Positions 1-10,514 of a stretch of DNA of 64,000 nt are shown here, in pieces. The notes under the pieces were generated by a model that made no database searches, was not told the DNA's origin, and was given only the letters and a program-made list of their open reading frames with translations. The stretch is from Eukaryota sp. TZLM1-RC (lineage: Eukaryota > Protista > Metamonada: BaSk clade), in assembly GCA_040285825.1 (NCBI GenBank), contig JAUPSS010000007.1:1016501-1080500 (forward strand), in the 5' to 3' direction. Each line of letters opens with the position of its first letter. The stretch's first letter is position 1. The position numbers and the translations under genes are program-made.

Positions 1-396
1 TTCGATCAGTTCATCAAATATTTTGTTTGCTATTTCCATTTTGCTGGGATTTAACCGTCTAGCAGGTTTATGTACTATAGCATTCTCATCTCTAAAGGGG
101 ATTGTTAGAGGATTACAATCGATTCCTTTTCTATTAGGAGTTTCACTAAAAACATCGCTGAATAATTTTAGTAGACTCGTTAATTTTAATTTATTATTAC
201 TATCATCTAAATTTATCTCACATCCAGATCTTGCTAATTGCTCCTCAAAATCAGAAGGACTTGGTGATTGGTTATCTAAGTTCCCAATCGAATGTTGAGC
301 GATCCTAGAGTCGAATTCTGATTCTGCATTTAGCAAAGTGCGGTGTTCTTTGTCTAATCTAATGAAAAGACCATCATCCGTCTGAAGCCCAAGTGC
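1..396 (-). CDS. Pol continuation of element 1 (protease C-terminus, linker, RT N-terminus); open to the window edge, not in the ORF track
   Basis: Manual translation ALGLQTDDGLFIRLDKEHRTLLNAESEFDSRIAQ...ELIE has no stop and aligns with element 2 HLGLINNKGIYIRMADACRTLPLLEAEFDHRISQ. Confidence 0.85.
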
Positions 397-3300
397 TTTT
401 TAACATGTCTGTCCCTATTAATAATTTGTTCGAACCCGGGATTATGGGAAGAGTATGTTTATAGTGAACTTGTTGCGCAATGCTTCCTACGTTGAACGAC
501 AGAATACCAGTTGCACTCCCTAGCGATTTTGTGGATACGTTATTAGCTGGTAAGAACTTAATAGTATCCTTGCTATTGATTGACATATGGCATTGTTCAG
601 CTAAATCTGCAGTAATAACTGAACAAAACGCAGCCGAATCTATAGTCGCAATCATTTTAATATCATTTATTGATATCTCCAGTCTTAGAAATGGAGAACG
701 CTGGGACCTGACGTGGTTTTCACTAACCGTAGAATTAATATCAAAAATGCTATTGATATCAGAGCTGGTTTGGTGAATTTGTAGAGGAATTAAAAGATTT
801 TGTTGAGCTGTTGGAAAGTTGTTGACTGGGTTTCCTAAATCGGTTGTTGATTGGTTGTGATTGATTGCGTTGATATGTACCCGATTAGGAAAGTTGCCTG
901 TCCTGCTGTTCCGGTTGCTGTTGTTGATCCGTCTGTGAGGAACCGTACTCGAACGGGTCGGTTTTGACTCAGTAGGGGATGCGTTTGATGATATGTCCTC
1001 TGTTGTGTTTATGTTATGTATAGGTCTGTACTGACCTCTTCCTTTATGACCTCTATAACGGCCTCCACGGCCTCTAAATTTGAATCTATGTACACGTCTA
1101 CCACGGCCACCTCGGCCCCTTTCTACACTGCCTCTACTAGCAGGCGCCTCCTGTTCTCCTAATCTGAATCTTTCTTCTTTGGGAACTCTGCTTCTAGCAC
1201 AACGAGGATCTTTGCATTCGAATACAGTGTGGCCAACAGGATTGTTACCTTCGACGTTGCTGCAGAATGTACAGAATTTTGACCCTTCTCGTTCATGCTT
1301 TTCAGGGATGTATTTGTGTTGAGGGGTTCCTCTTGACTTTCCACCTGATCGTCTTGCTCGTTTTGTTGGAGCCTGGGCTGATGGTGTTACTCCTCTTGAG
1401 TAAGTTCTCATTGCCGTGAGTCCCAAAGGAATATCTTCTTCGTTAGCCCTGTTCCTTAGTACATCCATTGTGGGCTTGTTTCCTGCTGTGTAACACCAAG
1501 CGAGGAAATGTCTTCTCGTTGTCGATATCAAATCGAGTAGAGTTGTTTTGTTCGGTGAGTCCCACAAGGATTCCCTAGTCCATACTGGGAGGAGTTCGCT
1601 TGATATAGCAAAGTTATCCAGACCCATAAGGAAGTACTCGGCTATTAGAGCGGGAGATATGGTTATCAACCCACTGCTTCCTCTAATTAAATCGGGGATG
1701 GTTAGGTCGGTCATGTAGGTGGTCATTCTCAAGACGTCTCCAAAATCTTCTACATAACGACCAAACTCGTTGTCAGCCTCATGCCTATTGTGGATTTTCC
1801 TCCAATTTATTCTAGGCTTCATTAGAGCTGTACAAGCCTCATGATATGATGTGAATTGCGTTCTTTTTAACAGAAATACCATGACGTCGGCGTCGGTATA
1901 ATCAACACCGAGTAAACCTTGACTCTGCCATCTAGATAGAAGGCTAGGGTCGATCATGCTGGATATTCCTGTGGGGCAAGTGCTCATCATCATGCTCCTA
2001 AATAAATCATAATGGTGGATTGGGGGTCCGAGCTTATCTGTTATAGCTGGATCAATCCTTACCAAAGGCTGTGTTGTATCCCTGGTGATCTCGTCGCGTA
2101 TATGTTTGGGGAGATCTTTAATCCTATCTTGGGTTATTTCTGCTTGGCCTTCTCCAAATAGCTGGGTAGCTATCATAAAGGCTCTGGTCCAATCTGATTG
2201 ACCTGGGGCTTCGAAGCTTCTATTAGCTATCTTTCGCCCGTATTTATCCCAAGTTTGATATTTTAAAAGAAAAGCTATGATAGACATTTTGTTAATAGGG
2301 TCATCAGCGGATAATCGAGGTCTTTTATAGTCGATATCCTTAGACCGTGGATCAATCTGTCTATGAAGGCTACTAGCTATGCTCATGTCAATAGCTCTTC
2401 TTGAGGATTGTAGGTCCTCAATACGCATAGGTCTATCGGAAGAAGAGTCTCTTACTGAGGGTTGAGGAGGAGCCGTTTCTCCAACGACTGGCCCGTTCAA
2501 CTCAATGTCTTCTCCAATTTCACTTTCCATGGGTTGACAGGAAGTTGGTTCTTCCTGAGGTGCAACGTCTTGTCTTGTTACAGGTTCCGGGTCGTTCACT
2601 GTTGGAACATGATCGGGTATGCTGTCGATAGAGCAGACCTGTATTGGTTGGCTTTTTTCAGAAATTATAGGGGCTACAACAGGCAGTTTGGGAAGGTGGA
2701 GAGATGTGGATGGATCTCCCGTTACCCATTGTCTAAACTCTCGTTGTTTTGTGAACGAGTTACCATGTTGTTGGGTGTAGTTGTTAGGACGGCTCCTATA
2801 CGTGGATACAGCTGATCGTTCCGTATGAATGTTATTTAGAGCGTCTGCATCAAACCAGGGGGTTACTGGTTCAAGCTTGTCTTGTTCACTACTATCCTCC
2901 TGCTCCATAAATTCCCTAAAATATGTGGGAGCACCCTCTGTCAGCTCCGTGTAATTATGGATTTCCGTATCAAAGTTAGGATCAAACCAGGCAGGCAATT
3001 TGGATTGTAGGATGTCTTCCGAGTCGGTCCTACTTCTCTGTTCGATGGAGAGAAACCTTATTCTCCTGCCGTATTGATCTAGGAAGGAGGCCTTCCAATC
3101 CAATCTATCTTTGATGGGAAGAGACATCAATTCATTGATTCTCTTGTCCATTCCAGAGATTCTGGGGCGGCGTTCTGCGTTACGCCCGAATGTCTCTCTA
3201 CTCAATTTATCGAGTGCCTTTATGAGTTCATTCCTTTCATTGAGGGGAATTTCCAATACCTTTTGGGTATCCCCAATCATTCCGAGGGTCTGAAAACCAA

Positions 3301-3976
3301 CGTTTCTGCCTCTTTTTTGAACGTAACTCCATAAAGGGGGAAGTTGCTCGAACAGACAGAAATCTGTTGGTTCGAGGTAAGCCTCCGCGTCCTCTCTTAA
3401 TAACTTGTAGAACCCCTCAGAAGAGTCGTCTTCTCCCTCCATTTCATCTAGTTGAGATTGAATTTCTTCATATTCTCCTAATGGGGAAGACGTGTCTAAG
3501 GTGGGATCTCCATCCGTTCCCTTTGAGACAGGTTCTAGAATTGGGAGGGGAGAGGGAGCCAGGTCCGTTCTCGTTGCCTCTTCCATTGCTTTGAGGGGAG
3601 AGGGAGCCGGGTCCGTTCTCGTTGCCTCATCTGTTTCTTTTTTCCTGAGGGGAGAGGGAGCCAGGTCCGTTCTCGTAACCTCATCTGTTTCTTTTTTCCT
3701 GAGGGGAGAGGGAGCCGGGTCCGTTCTCGTAACCTCATCTGTTTCTTTTTTCCTGAGGGGAGAGGGAGCCGGGTCCGTTCTCGTTACCTCTTCTGTTGTT
3801 GAAGATGGAGGAACCTCGTCCACTCTTTCATCTTCTTCTACATTAAGGGAGGGGGAGGTGGGATCCGGGTCCGTTGCCTCGTTGCCCTCTATATCATGTG
3901 TATGTGACGCTGGTACCTGCTGCATATTAAGTGGTGGATTAGAGTCAGAGATATCTGGTTGGGAGATGTCTGACAT
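374..3976 (-). CDS. Gag-aspartic protease polyprotein of LTR element 1 (1200 aa; last residues out of frame after a 1-nt insertion at 397-401)
   Basis: ORF track; CCHC-like knuckle and DSAA protease motif; gag blocks (KRPRLSADD...FLLKYQTW, GPPIHHYDLF) match element 2 remnants (KR*YLEASD...FVIKFILW, GEPVHECDLF). Confidence 0.9.
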   Translation of the reverse strand: MSDISQPDISDSNPPLNMQQVPASHTHDIEGNEATDPDPTSPSLNVEEDERVDEVPPSSTTEEVTRTDPAPSPLRKKETDEVTRTDPAPSPLRKKETDEVTRTDLAPSPLRKKETDEATRTDPAPSPLKAMEEATRTDLAPSPLPILEPVSKGTDGDPTLDTSSPLGEYEEIQSQLDEMEGEDDSSEGFYKLLREDAEAYLEPTDFCLFEQLPPLWSYVQKRGRNVGFQTLGMIGDTQKVLEIPLNERNELIKALDKLSRETFGRNAERRPRISGMDKRINELMSLPIKDRLDWKASFLDQYGRRIRFLSIEQRSRTDSEDILQSKLPAWFDPNFDTEIHNYTELTEGAPTYFREFMEQEDSSEQDKLEPVTPWFDADALNNIHTERSAVSTYRSRPNNYTQQHGNSFTKQREFRQWVTGDPSTSLHLPKLPVVAPIISEKSQPIQVCSIDSIPDHVPTVNDPEPVTRQDVAPQEEPTSCQPMESEIGEDIELNGPVVGETAPPQPSVRDSSSDRPMRIEDLQSSRRAIDMSIASSLHRQIDPRSKDIDYKRPRLSADDPINKMSIIAFLLKYQTWDKYGRKIANRSFEAPGQSDWTRAFMIATQLFGEGQAEITQDRIKDLPKHIRDEITRDTTQPLVRIDPAITDKLGPPIHHYDLFRSMMMSTCPTGISSMIDPSLLSRWQSQGLLGVDYTDADVMVFLLKRTQFTSYHEACTALMKPRINWRKIHNRHEADNEFGRYVEDFGDVLRMTTYMTDLTIPDLIRGSSGLITISPALIAEYFLMGLDNFAISSELLPVWTRESLWDSPNKTTLLDLISTTRRHFLAWCYTAGNKPTMDVLRNRANEEDIPLGLTAMRTYSRGVTPSAQAPTKRARRSGGKSRGTPQHKYIPEKHEREGSKFCTFCSNVEGNNPVGHTVFECKDPRCARSRVPKEERFRLGEQEAPASRGSVERGRGGRGRRVHRFKFRGRGGRYRGHKGRGQYRPIHNINTTEDISSNASPTESKPTRSSTVPHRRINNSNRNSRTGNFPNRVHINAINHNQSTTDLGNPVNNFPTAQQNLLIPLQIHQTSSDINSIFDINSTVSENHVRSQRSPFLRLEISINDIKMIATIDSAAFCSVITADLAEQCHMSINSKDTIKFLPANNVSTKSLGSATGILSFNVGSIAQQVHYKHTLPIIPGSNKLLIGTDMLKSTWASDG
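3547..3794 (-). repeat. Coding tandem repeat in gag: about 5 copies of a ~54-nt unit (EVTRTDPAPSPLRKKETD)
   Basis: Repeated gagggagcc(g/a)ggtccgttctcgt..cctc units, visible in both DNA and protein. Confidence 0.95.
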
Positions 3977-4053
3977 GCTGTAAAGTGTCTGAAGATGTTC
4001 GCTAATGCTGAAGTTATGGTATACCTTTTGACTTTAAAATGGCCAATAATTAT

Positions 4054-4132
4054 TGTTGCCTAAAGTCTATTGTAGTAAAGAAAAGTCTGATTTATTTTCT
4101 ATTCATATTATATAAGCCTTAGGGCGCCAACA
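4054..4132 (-). repeat. Putative very short (79 bp) 5' LTR of element 1
   Basis: Minus strand runs TGTTG...CAACA (terminal inverted repeat, extended by cctaag/tttagg), contains TATATAA and AATAAA, and is followed by the same palindrome that follows the verified LTR of element 2. The partner LTR is outside the window. Confidence 0.55.
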
Positions 4133-5704
4133 CTTCCACCATTTTTATTATTTCATCATTCATCCATATGAATAAAAGTCATTTATGCCATGTATGCGTC
4201 CTCTCGAATATTCCACCTCATCATAAGCATTATTAGGGGAAATGTATTCAAATACAGGGTGTTTGCTACCAGGCCATGGTATTTGGAACAAAGAAAGGAC
4301 AAAGGAATAATGAAATGAAATTGACCACCAAAAAAACCGCCATGGTTGCACCAGTAACTGAACCAACGTAATAGTAACTGAAGGCGTGTGTGTGTTAATC
4401 AATATCTTTCAGAATTTGAACTTTTGAAAGTTTCTTTCAAAATTGCAGTTTAAGTTGCCACATTTCAATAATTAATTCAGGGTTGGAAAACGTTGATGTT
4501 CTGGTTTAATGCGTTCTTCCTTGAAAAACAGTATGCGTTTTGAAATTAAATAGCGAGAGTCCATGTTAAGGGTTTGGTCCTGACCTTCCTAATCACCTGA
4601 TCACGTTTACTATCACGTGATCCTTAGTTTAAAACCTTATTCTGAAGTTTGTAGTTTGATTTTCTTATTCAGTTCTATAAACGTTCTTTTTGACTCTATT
4701 TTATGGACAATTGTGCACCGAAGCCAACAAATAATGGGTGTTCCTTTCTGGAATGTCAAAACTCAACTCACCAGCACCATCATCTTACTTCTACTTTTCA
4801 ATTGAAATTCAATAGCTTAAGCAAAGCAGCAAGCAGAATGAGGACCTTACAGAAGAAAATGCGGTTCAAAAAATACCTTCCCTTTAGATCTCCCTTTTTT
4901 ATCCAGCAGGAAAGGGCACTGGTAAACTGGGATCTGCACGCATAATCTTTCTGTGGAAGGTAATTCAATACAAATACACATGATGGCCATTGATGCAGAT
5001 CCAAAAGCATATTTCCGCGTAATGAAAACAGTACAATCATAATTAACTTTATGAGAACTATTATTTAAATATTATCCAAAACTTACGCTGAGTAAAGTTT
5101 AATTCAGCAAATAGTGAAGTCTTTTTATTTTAGGAATTACACTTTAAATAATTCTCTCCTTATTTAACTTTAGAATTTACTATTGTTGTTGTTGAACTCA
5201 TATTGAATTAGTAGGTTTCTTTGTATTTCGACTGATGACGTGATACTCATTTATGAATCAGTTTTATTAATAAACTTAGATTTCTCTCGCTTCTTCGTGT
5301 GTTCATCTGCCTAACGGCATCACTATCCGTGTAGCTCCTTTTCAATAATTAATCCTCATTTTCAGCTTGAGGCTAAAACAAGGAAAAGTGTATGTTTCTT
5401 AACCTTATTTCTCGTTATTTATTGCAATGTATAGGATATCGATGGATAAATTCTATGAATATTTCTTTCTTAAATATACCATTGCTAAGCTATCGATAAA
5501 TAAATATAAGATTTATTAAACAATAAGATTTATTGCTGTTCTCAGGGTATTAGTAAATGCGAACGATTTCCACTTTGGTAATTCGTACCAACGACTTTAT
5601 GGCAGTTAGTTTCTGCTCCAAGATGCTTTTCACTTAGTAAAGTCATAATTCCGGTTCAACAGCCCTGTTTCGTTCGATCTATCCCAATTCAAGCAAGTAT
5701 TTAT

Positions 5705-6862
5705 ATACAGCTCGACTGTTTTAAATCAAGATCTTCACTCATTGTTATTGGAAAAGGGTGTTTGTGAAAACAAGGGGTCAGATTCTTCACTTTTTGTAAC
5801 CATTGTACCACCAAGATTTGGATTGTGTGCCACTAATGAAGCATTTGTAACAAAAATGAGATTATATTTGAACATCCCCATTAACCAATTATTATCAAAA
5901 GAAAAATGTATTTGTTCGAATTCACCTCAATTCACTTTGCTCCATGCTCTGAATTGCTCTAAATTGATAACTTATTGTTCTTCACTACATGATGCTGTTA
6001 GATACACTGTTTTTAATAAGACACAAACTGCAAGAATATCGTGTATCAAAGAGCCCCTGCTGAAGGAAACACTTTCTCTGAATTATTTTGATTCTGATGA
6101 TAGAGGTGACGTATATTGTAATTGGATTAATAATTCTGAAGCTACTGATGGCTTTGTCTCATGTAATGTTGCAAATGATATTTTGGTTCACAGAAGAAAA
6201 CTTAATCCTGTGGCTGCTCTGAATTTTTAAGCAAAAGAGAAACATAGAAAATATGATAAAAGATACTTCATTACATGATGCTGTAAGAGACACTGTTTTC
6301 AATATGGTACAACCTGCAAGGATATCGTGTATCAAAGAGCCCCTGCTGAAGGAAACACTTTCTCTGAATATTTTTGGTTCTGATGATAGAGGTGATGTAT
6401 ACTGTGATTGGATTGATAATTCTGAAGCTATTGTTGACTTTGTCTCATGTAGTGTTGCAAACGATACTTTGGTTCACAGAAGAAAACTTAATCCTGTGGC
6501 TGCTCTGAATTTTTAAGCAAAAGAGAAACATAGAAAATATGATAAAAGATATTGAAGAGGCTAAGTCTGATAGAAAAACACAGCTGGTTTTGATTGCTCT
6601 CCCATTGTCGATAAACGGAAGATTATCAGTTGAAGCAGAAACTTTTTTGAATGACTTCCAAAAAAATGGTTAAAGAAAAAACAATGAAAAGATTTGATAT
6701 TGTTTTATCGCGCTCTCGGATTCAATTTGCCATTATTAATAGATTACCACGGTTTTTCAATCGAATAAGAGAAGCTTTAGCTAGACAGCAAGCAGATCAA
6801 GATTTTGTAGAGGAAATCTTGGTTCAATGAATTTCGTCTCATTAGTTATGAGTTAATTTAAT
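5705..6862 (+). mobile_element. 5'-truncated CRE-like non-LTR retrotransposon, family A (RLE end), with an internal 286-bp tandem duplication
   Basis: CxC...HxxxC knuckle, LHDAVRD, EPLL, DRGDV; near-identical to 55480-56340; duplicated segment 5980-6265 / 6266-6551. Confidence 0.9.
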
Positions 6863-7071
6863 TCAGTATCTTGTAACGTTATACGAATGCACAAACGCAG
6901 AGTTTTGACCATTTTCAACATGACAAAAAGGGTTTCTATTAAATAAAAAACCGATCATAAAATACATCTACTTTTGCCCGTGTTGCATGCATATGGTCGC
7001 TATTTGAGACGTTTACCGTTGGAATACAAAAATTTCAAAATTTTCAAAACTGAAGTCCCTCATTCAGGTAA

Positions 7072-8493
7072 ATGTCAATCGTCTCATTCTCACCAAACAC
7101 TCTCAACAAACTTTTATCTGACGCTACATACAGTGATGAAATTATATTTTTCAAAGGTCAAACATTTGATGTAACGAAAGCTATCCTTGCCACAAACTCA
7201 AAGTACTTCACCTCTTTATGGTACACGGAGTGTCGTGAGAATGGAGAAAACCTTCTCGATGTGTCCAACTTGCCCGTCTCATCAGAAACCTTCTCAGCTT
7301 TTATTTCTTCCTTCTACGATGTCCCCATGAACGTGACTCCTAGCAATGTATATGAGATCTTCTACCTTGCCAAGCACTTCCAGTGTGATCACCTTGACTC
7401 TCTCCTCATGGAATTTCTACCCTCAGTTCTCGTCCAATGGGAATGGGTAAGTCAGTTTTTGGTTAATTCCAATGCCCAAAGTAATTTGAAAGCGTTGAAG
7501 TTTGTCGGACCTTTCGTTTCCAAAATCGATGGTTTATCAACTAAATCTGGAATTACTTTCAATAATTCCTTCATCAAACCACTTTTGCCGTTCTGTAAAT
7601 GTTCTTCTTCTCTCCAATGGTTTTTGAAATCTTTGATTGTATCCATTCAATCCTTAACAAAAGAAGAGTTGGAATCTATTTTGAACATTCTGGATGTTGA
7701 ATCTCTTTGTTTTAAATATTGGGAAGATCTGCTCCTGAAACCTCTAGATTGTTTTGAAGAGTTTACCGATGTGTTAATGAAATTTCATTACAAGAAATTG
7801 AGACCTTTGTTTTTTGAAACTTTAAGTGCTGAAAATTTGAAATTAAGAGGTGAGTTGGATCAAGCTAATCAAGCTATTGAGGAAAAAGATCTTGTTATTG
7901 AGGAAAGAGAGCAACAACTCGTGCAAAAAGAAGAGCAAATAGTACTTTTGAAGAAGGAGTTGGATGAAGTTAAAGGAGAAGTGCAATCAAAAGCAATTCA
8001 AAACAATTCAAACTTGAGTTTTGGAACATCAAGAAAACATCCAAATCTTAGTGTTTTAAATGGTGGTAGAAAAGTAGTTAATAATGATACTAATTGGCAT
8101 TGGCAGAATATTCTCGGTGAATCTCCTCTACTTCCTGGGAAAGTTTATAAATGGAGGATTTCTTATTCAAGTCTACAGTCAGATTCTGATAGTTTAATGA
8201 TTGGTATTTTACCTGGCAATCACTTCAGTGAGGGTGGTGAGGTTTGTTGTAACACAAATGCTCATTGTTTTTATAATGCTGCAAATAACTTTGTTCAATC
8301 TAGTAGAAATGGAAAATGGAAAGCAGGAGAAATTCTTGAAGTTACGGTTGATCTTGTAAATAATTGTATTACGATCAAAAAAGAAAATGATTCTGCTTTC
8401 AATTGTTCACGGTCAATTACACCTTTATCTGGTGATAATTATTATCTTGTAGGGTGCTTCCTTTTTCAAAATTCTTCTATTGAACTACTTTAG
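7072..8493 (+). CDS. BTB/POZ + coiled-coil + SPRY/B30.2-like protein (473 aa)
   Basis: YSDEIIFFKGQTFDVTKAILATNSKYF (BTB); heptad E/Q/K-rich segment; C-terminal LSVLNGGRKV...YKWRI...LMIGI...GEILEVTVDL (SPRY). Confidence 0.85.
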   Translation: MSIVSFSPNTLNKLLSDATYSDEIIFFKGQTFDVTKAILATNSKYFTSLWYTECRENGENLLDVSNLPVSSETFSAFISSFYDVPMNVTPSNVYEIFYLAKHFQCDHLDSLLMEFLPSVLVQWEWVSQFLVNSNAQSNLKALKFVGPFVSKIDGLSTKSGITFNNSFIKPLLPFCKCSSSLQWFLKSLIVSIQSLTKEELESILNILDVESLCFKYWEDLLLKPLDCFEEFTDVLMKFHYKKLRPLFFETLSAENLKLRGELDQANQAIEEKDLVIEEREQQLVQKEEQIVLLKKELDEVKGEVQSKAIQNNSNLSFGTSRKHPNLSVLNGGRKVVNNDTNWHWQNILGESPLLPGKVYKWRISYSSLQSDSDSLMIGILPGNHFSEGGEVCCNTNAHCFYNAANNFVQSSRNGKWKAGEILEVTVDLVNNCITIKKENDSAFNCSRSITPLSGDNYYLVGCFLFQNSSIELL

Positions 8494-10514
8494 TTGTATT
8501 TGATGTCTCAGGGAAATACCAAGGATATGTTTCAAGGATACAATATTTTTCTTTTTTTTGAATTTCGACATCTACAATGTAGGTCTCACACTAATTTTTG
8601 TGAAGTTTTCTCCACTAAATAATAAAATAAATTACAATACATGAATCACAGTGAACGTGATTTCACTAATTAATGTAGTTGCTTATTATCATGGTTATAG
8701 CTTAGGGAGTAACAATATCAATTTTTCACCTTAATTGAGACCAAAACCATATCATTTACCATAAGAAAACTGTTGCTTGTTGAAATTTCTATATAAATAT
8801 ATATGGAACAATAAAGGAAACTCAAATTTTTGATAGTTTCCTTTATTTTTTTTGATTATTTAAATACTTATCAGGGCAATAAGGCTTGTAGTTTGCCAAT
8901 TAAATTTGTAATTATAGAAAAATACACTACCTATTTTAGTAAAAATAGTGAATTTTAGGGGAAAATCCTAAACACCAGAAAATAATAATTCAGTTGAGCT
9001 ATAAACTCCGATTGTATAAAGATGATCGTTATCTCTTTATTTTTGTAAAATAAGAATAATAATAATAATATCCATGTTGGCGTTTATAGGAATATTGCAC
9101 GTTAACTGATCATGTTAATTTATTCTTTCTTCAATAATGACTCTTTGTAACTTAAAGCATATAACAATAAAGTATTGTTCTCAATTCAATACAAACAAAT
9201 ATTTTCCCAAAGTAAAAAAGTATTCTTTTTTGTTCTTTATAACCAATGTGTCTTATAACTCCTCAATATAGGCTTGAAAAATAATTATAAAGTGGAAAGC
9301 AAACTGTGGTTGATTTTCATAATTATATGTGTCAAAAAAAGCTCTTTGAACAATTATATATACCTTTCATAACCATCAATGTTCAATGTCATTCATCAAA
9401 TCTTTGAATGTCATTTGTTTAGAGTACAACGTCTTCATCTTCGATTAGAGTTGCTGGGATCTTATCAAAAAATAAAAAAAAATATTTCTAAATACTGATT
9501 ATTATTTATTGTTCATTTAATAATAGAAAAAGTTGTTGTTGTTTAACATGACGTTTTTGTTGTTTTTTAGTATCTAATTGTTTTCAAAACTATGAACTGA
9601 AATCAATTTCTTCAAAACAAGCTTCCACGGCATCAAACCGCAAAATATGACATTCTAGTTTCAATTCTGGTTTCACCAGAATCAAACTCCCGGTATCCAC
9701 AAACTCAATTACATCACTCGAATTAATTCTGATTGAACTACTTCTTGTAGGACTTGAAATCTCCTAAGGTCAATATTTAAGAAATCTTGAAAAAATAAAT
9801 TCCTTTACCATTGACCTAAAGTAGAAAGTGGAAAGAAGCACTGGTTTTGGGAAAAGTGCTTTTCTCCAATGATTTGTTCGAAACACAATTTCTGTTTCAA
9901 CAATTACCAATCTTATGCAAAACCACCAGAGCCTGATTAAATAAACATCATTCAATGTTTCGTGGCAATTCCATCAATGTGATTTCTTCTTCGAGAAGCA
10001 TTTGCTGTTGTTCACAGATAAGGAGACTGCACACTGCTGCACACCAGTGACAACAAAGTAGATCATTCTGTTGGCGGTCTAAAGCTTATATGATATGATT
10101 AGAAAATAAATCAACTTTCCCCATTGTCTTTCCTTAATCTCTTTAGGCTTACGGCTACAATTCCCAACTATTGACAAAATATAATGTTGGACAATATTTA
10201 CTATTACTATAAGTGATAACTTTCCTTCTCAGATATAGAAGAAATTCAAATCTCCATTGGTTCAGTACAATACAACAAGTGTCACTGATTCAAAATCTGT
10301 AATGCAAAATTCATGGAAATAGAAAATCTCAAAGCAAAGTATTAGTACAAGCATATGATGAATGGATTTAATATCTGGATATTTGGTAACGAAGACTCAT
10401 CAAATTGATTTTGAAAACCTATATTAGAACAAGTAGACTTTGTTGGAACCCCTACTACACTGTAAACCCCTTAAGAGATGATTAACTACTTCAACACCAA
10501 CTCCCACCTAGCCA

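Larger units (their letters stand above)
1..4132 (-). mobile_element. Ty3/gypsy LTR retrotransposon (element 1): 5' LTR, gag-protease and start of RT; continues beyond the left window edge
   Basis: Gag with Zn-knuckle variant CTFC-x10-H-x4-C and an RG-rich basic tract; aspartic protease ATIDSAAFCSVI...LLIGTDML; the reading frame then continues into the RT N-terminus (FSDVFSETPNRKGIDCNPLTIPF...ARRLNPSKMEIANKIFDELIE). Colinear with element 2 at 38.7-45.4 kb. Confidence 0.93.

Noticed and set aside
4120-4129. TGGCGCCC as a tRNA-Lys-type PBS for element 1
   Set aside because: Similarity stops after 8 nt and it is not preceded by an LTR-terminal CA; it fits better as part of the LTR start (TGTTGGCGCC).
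5290-5460. Possible small spliced gene with GTAGCT and GTATGT introns
   Set aside because: Candidate introns lack the -7 A and the joined frame hits stops immediately.
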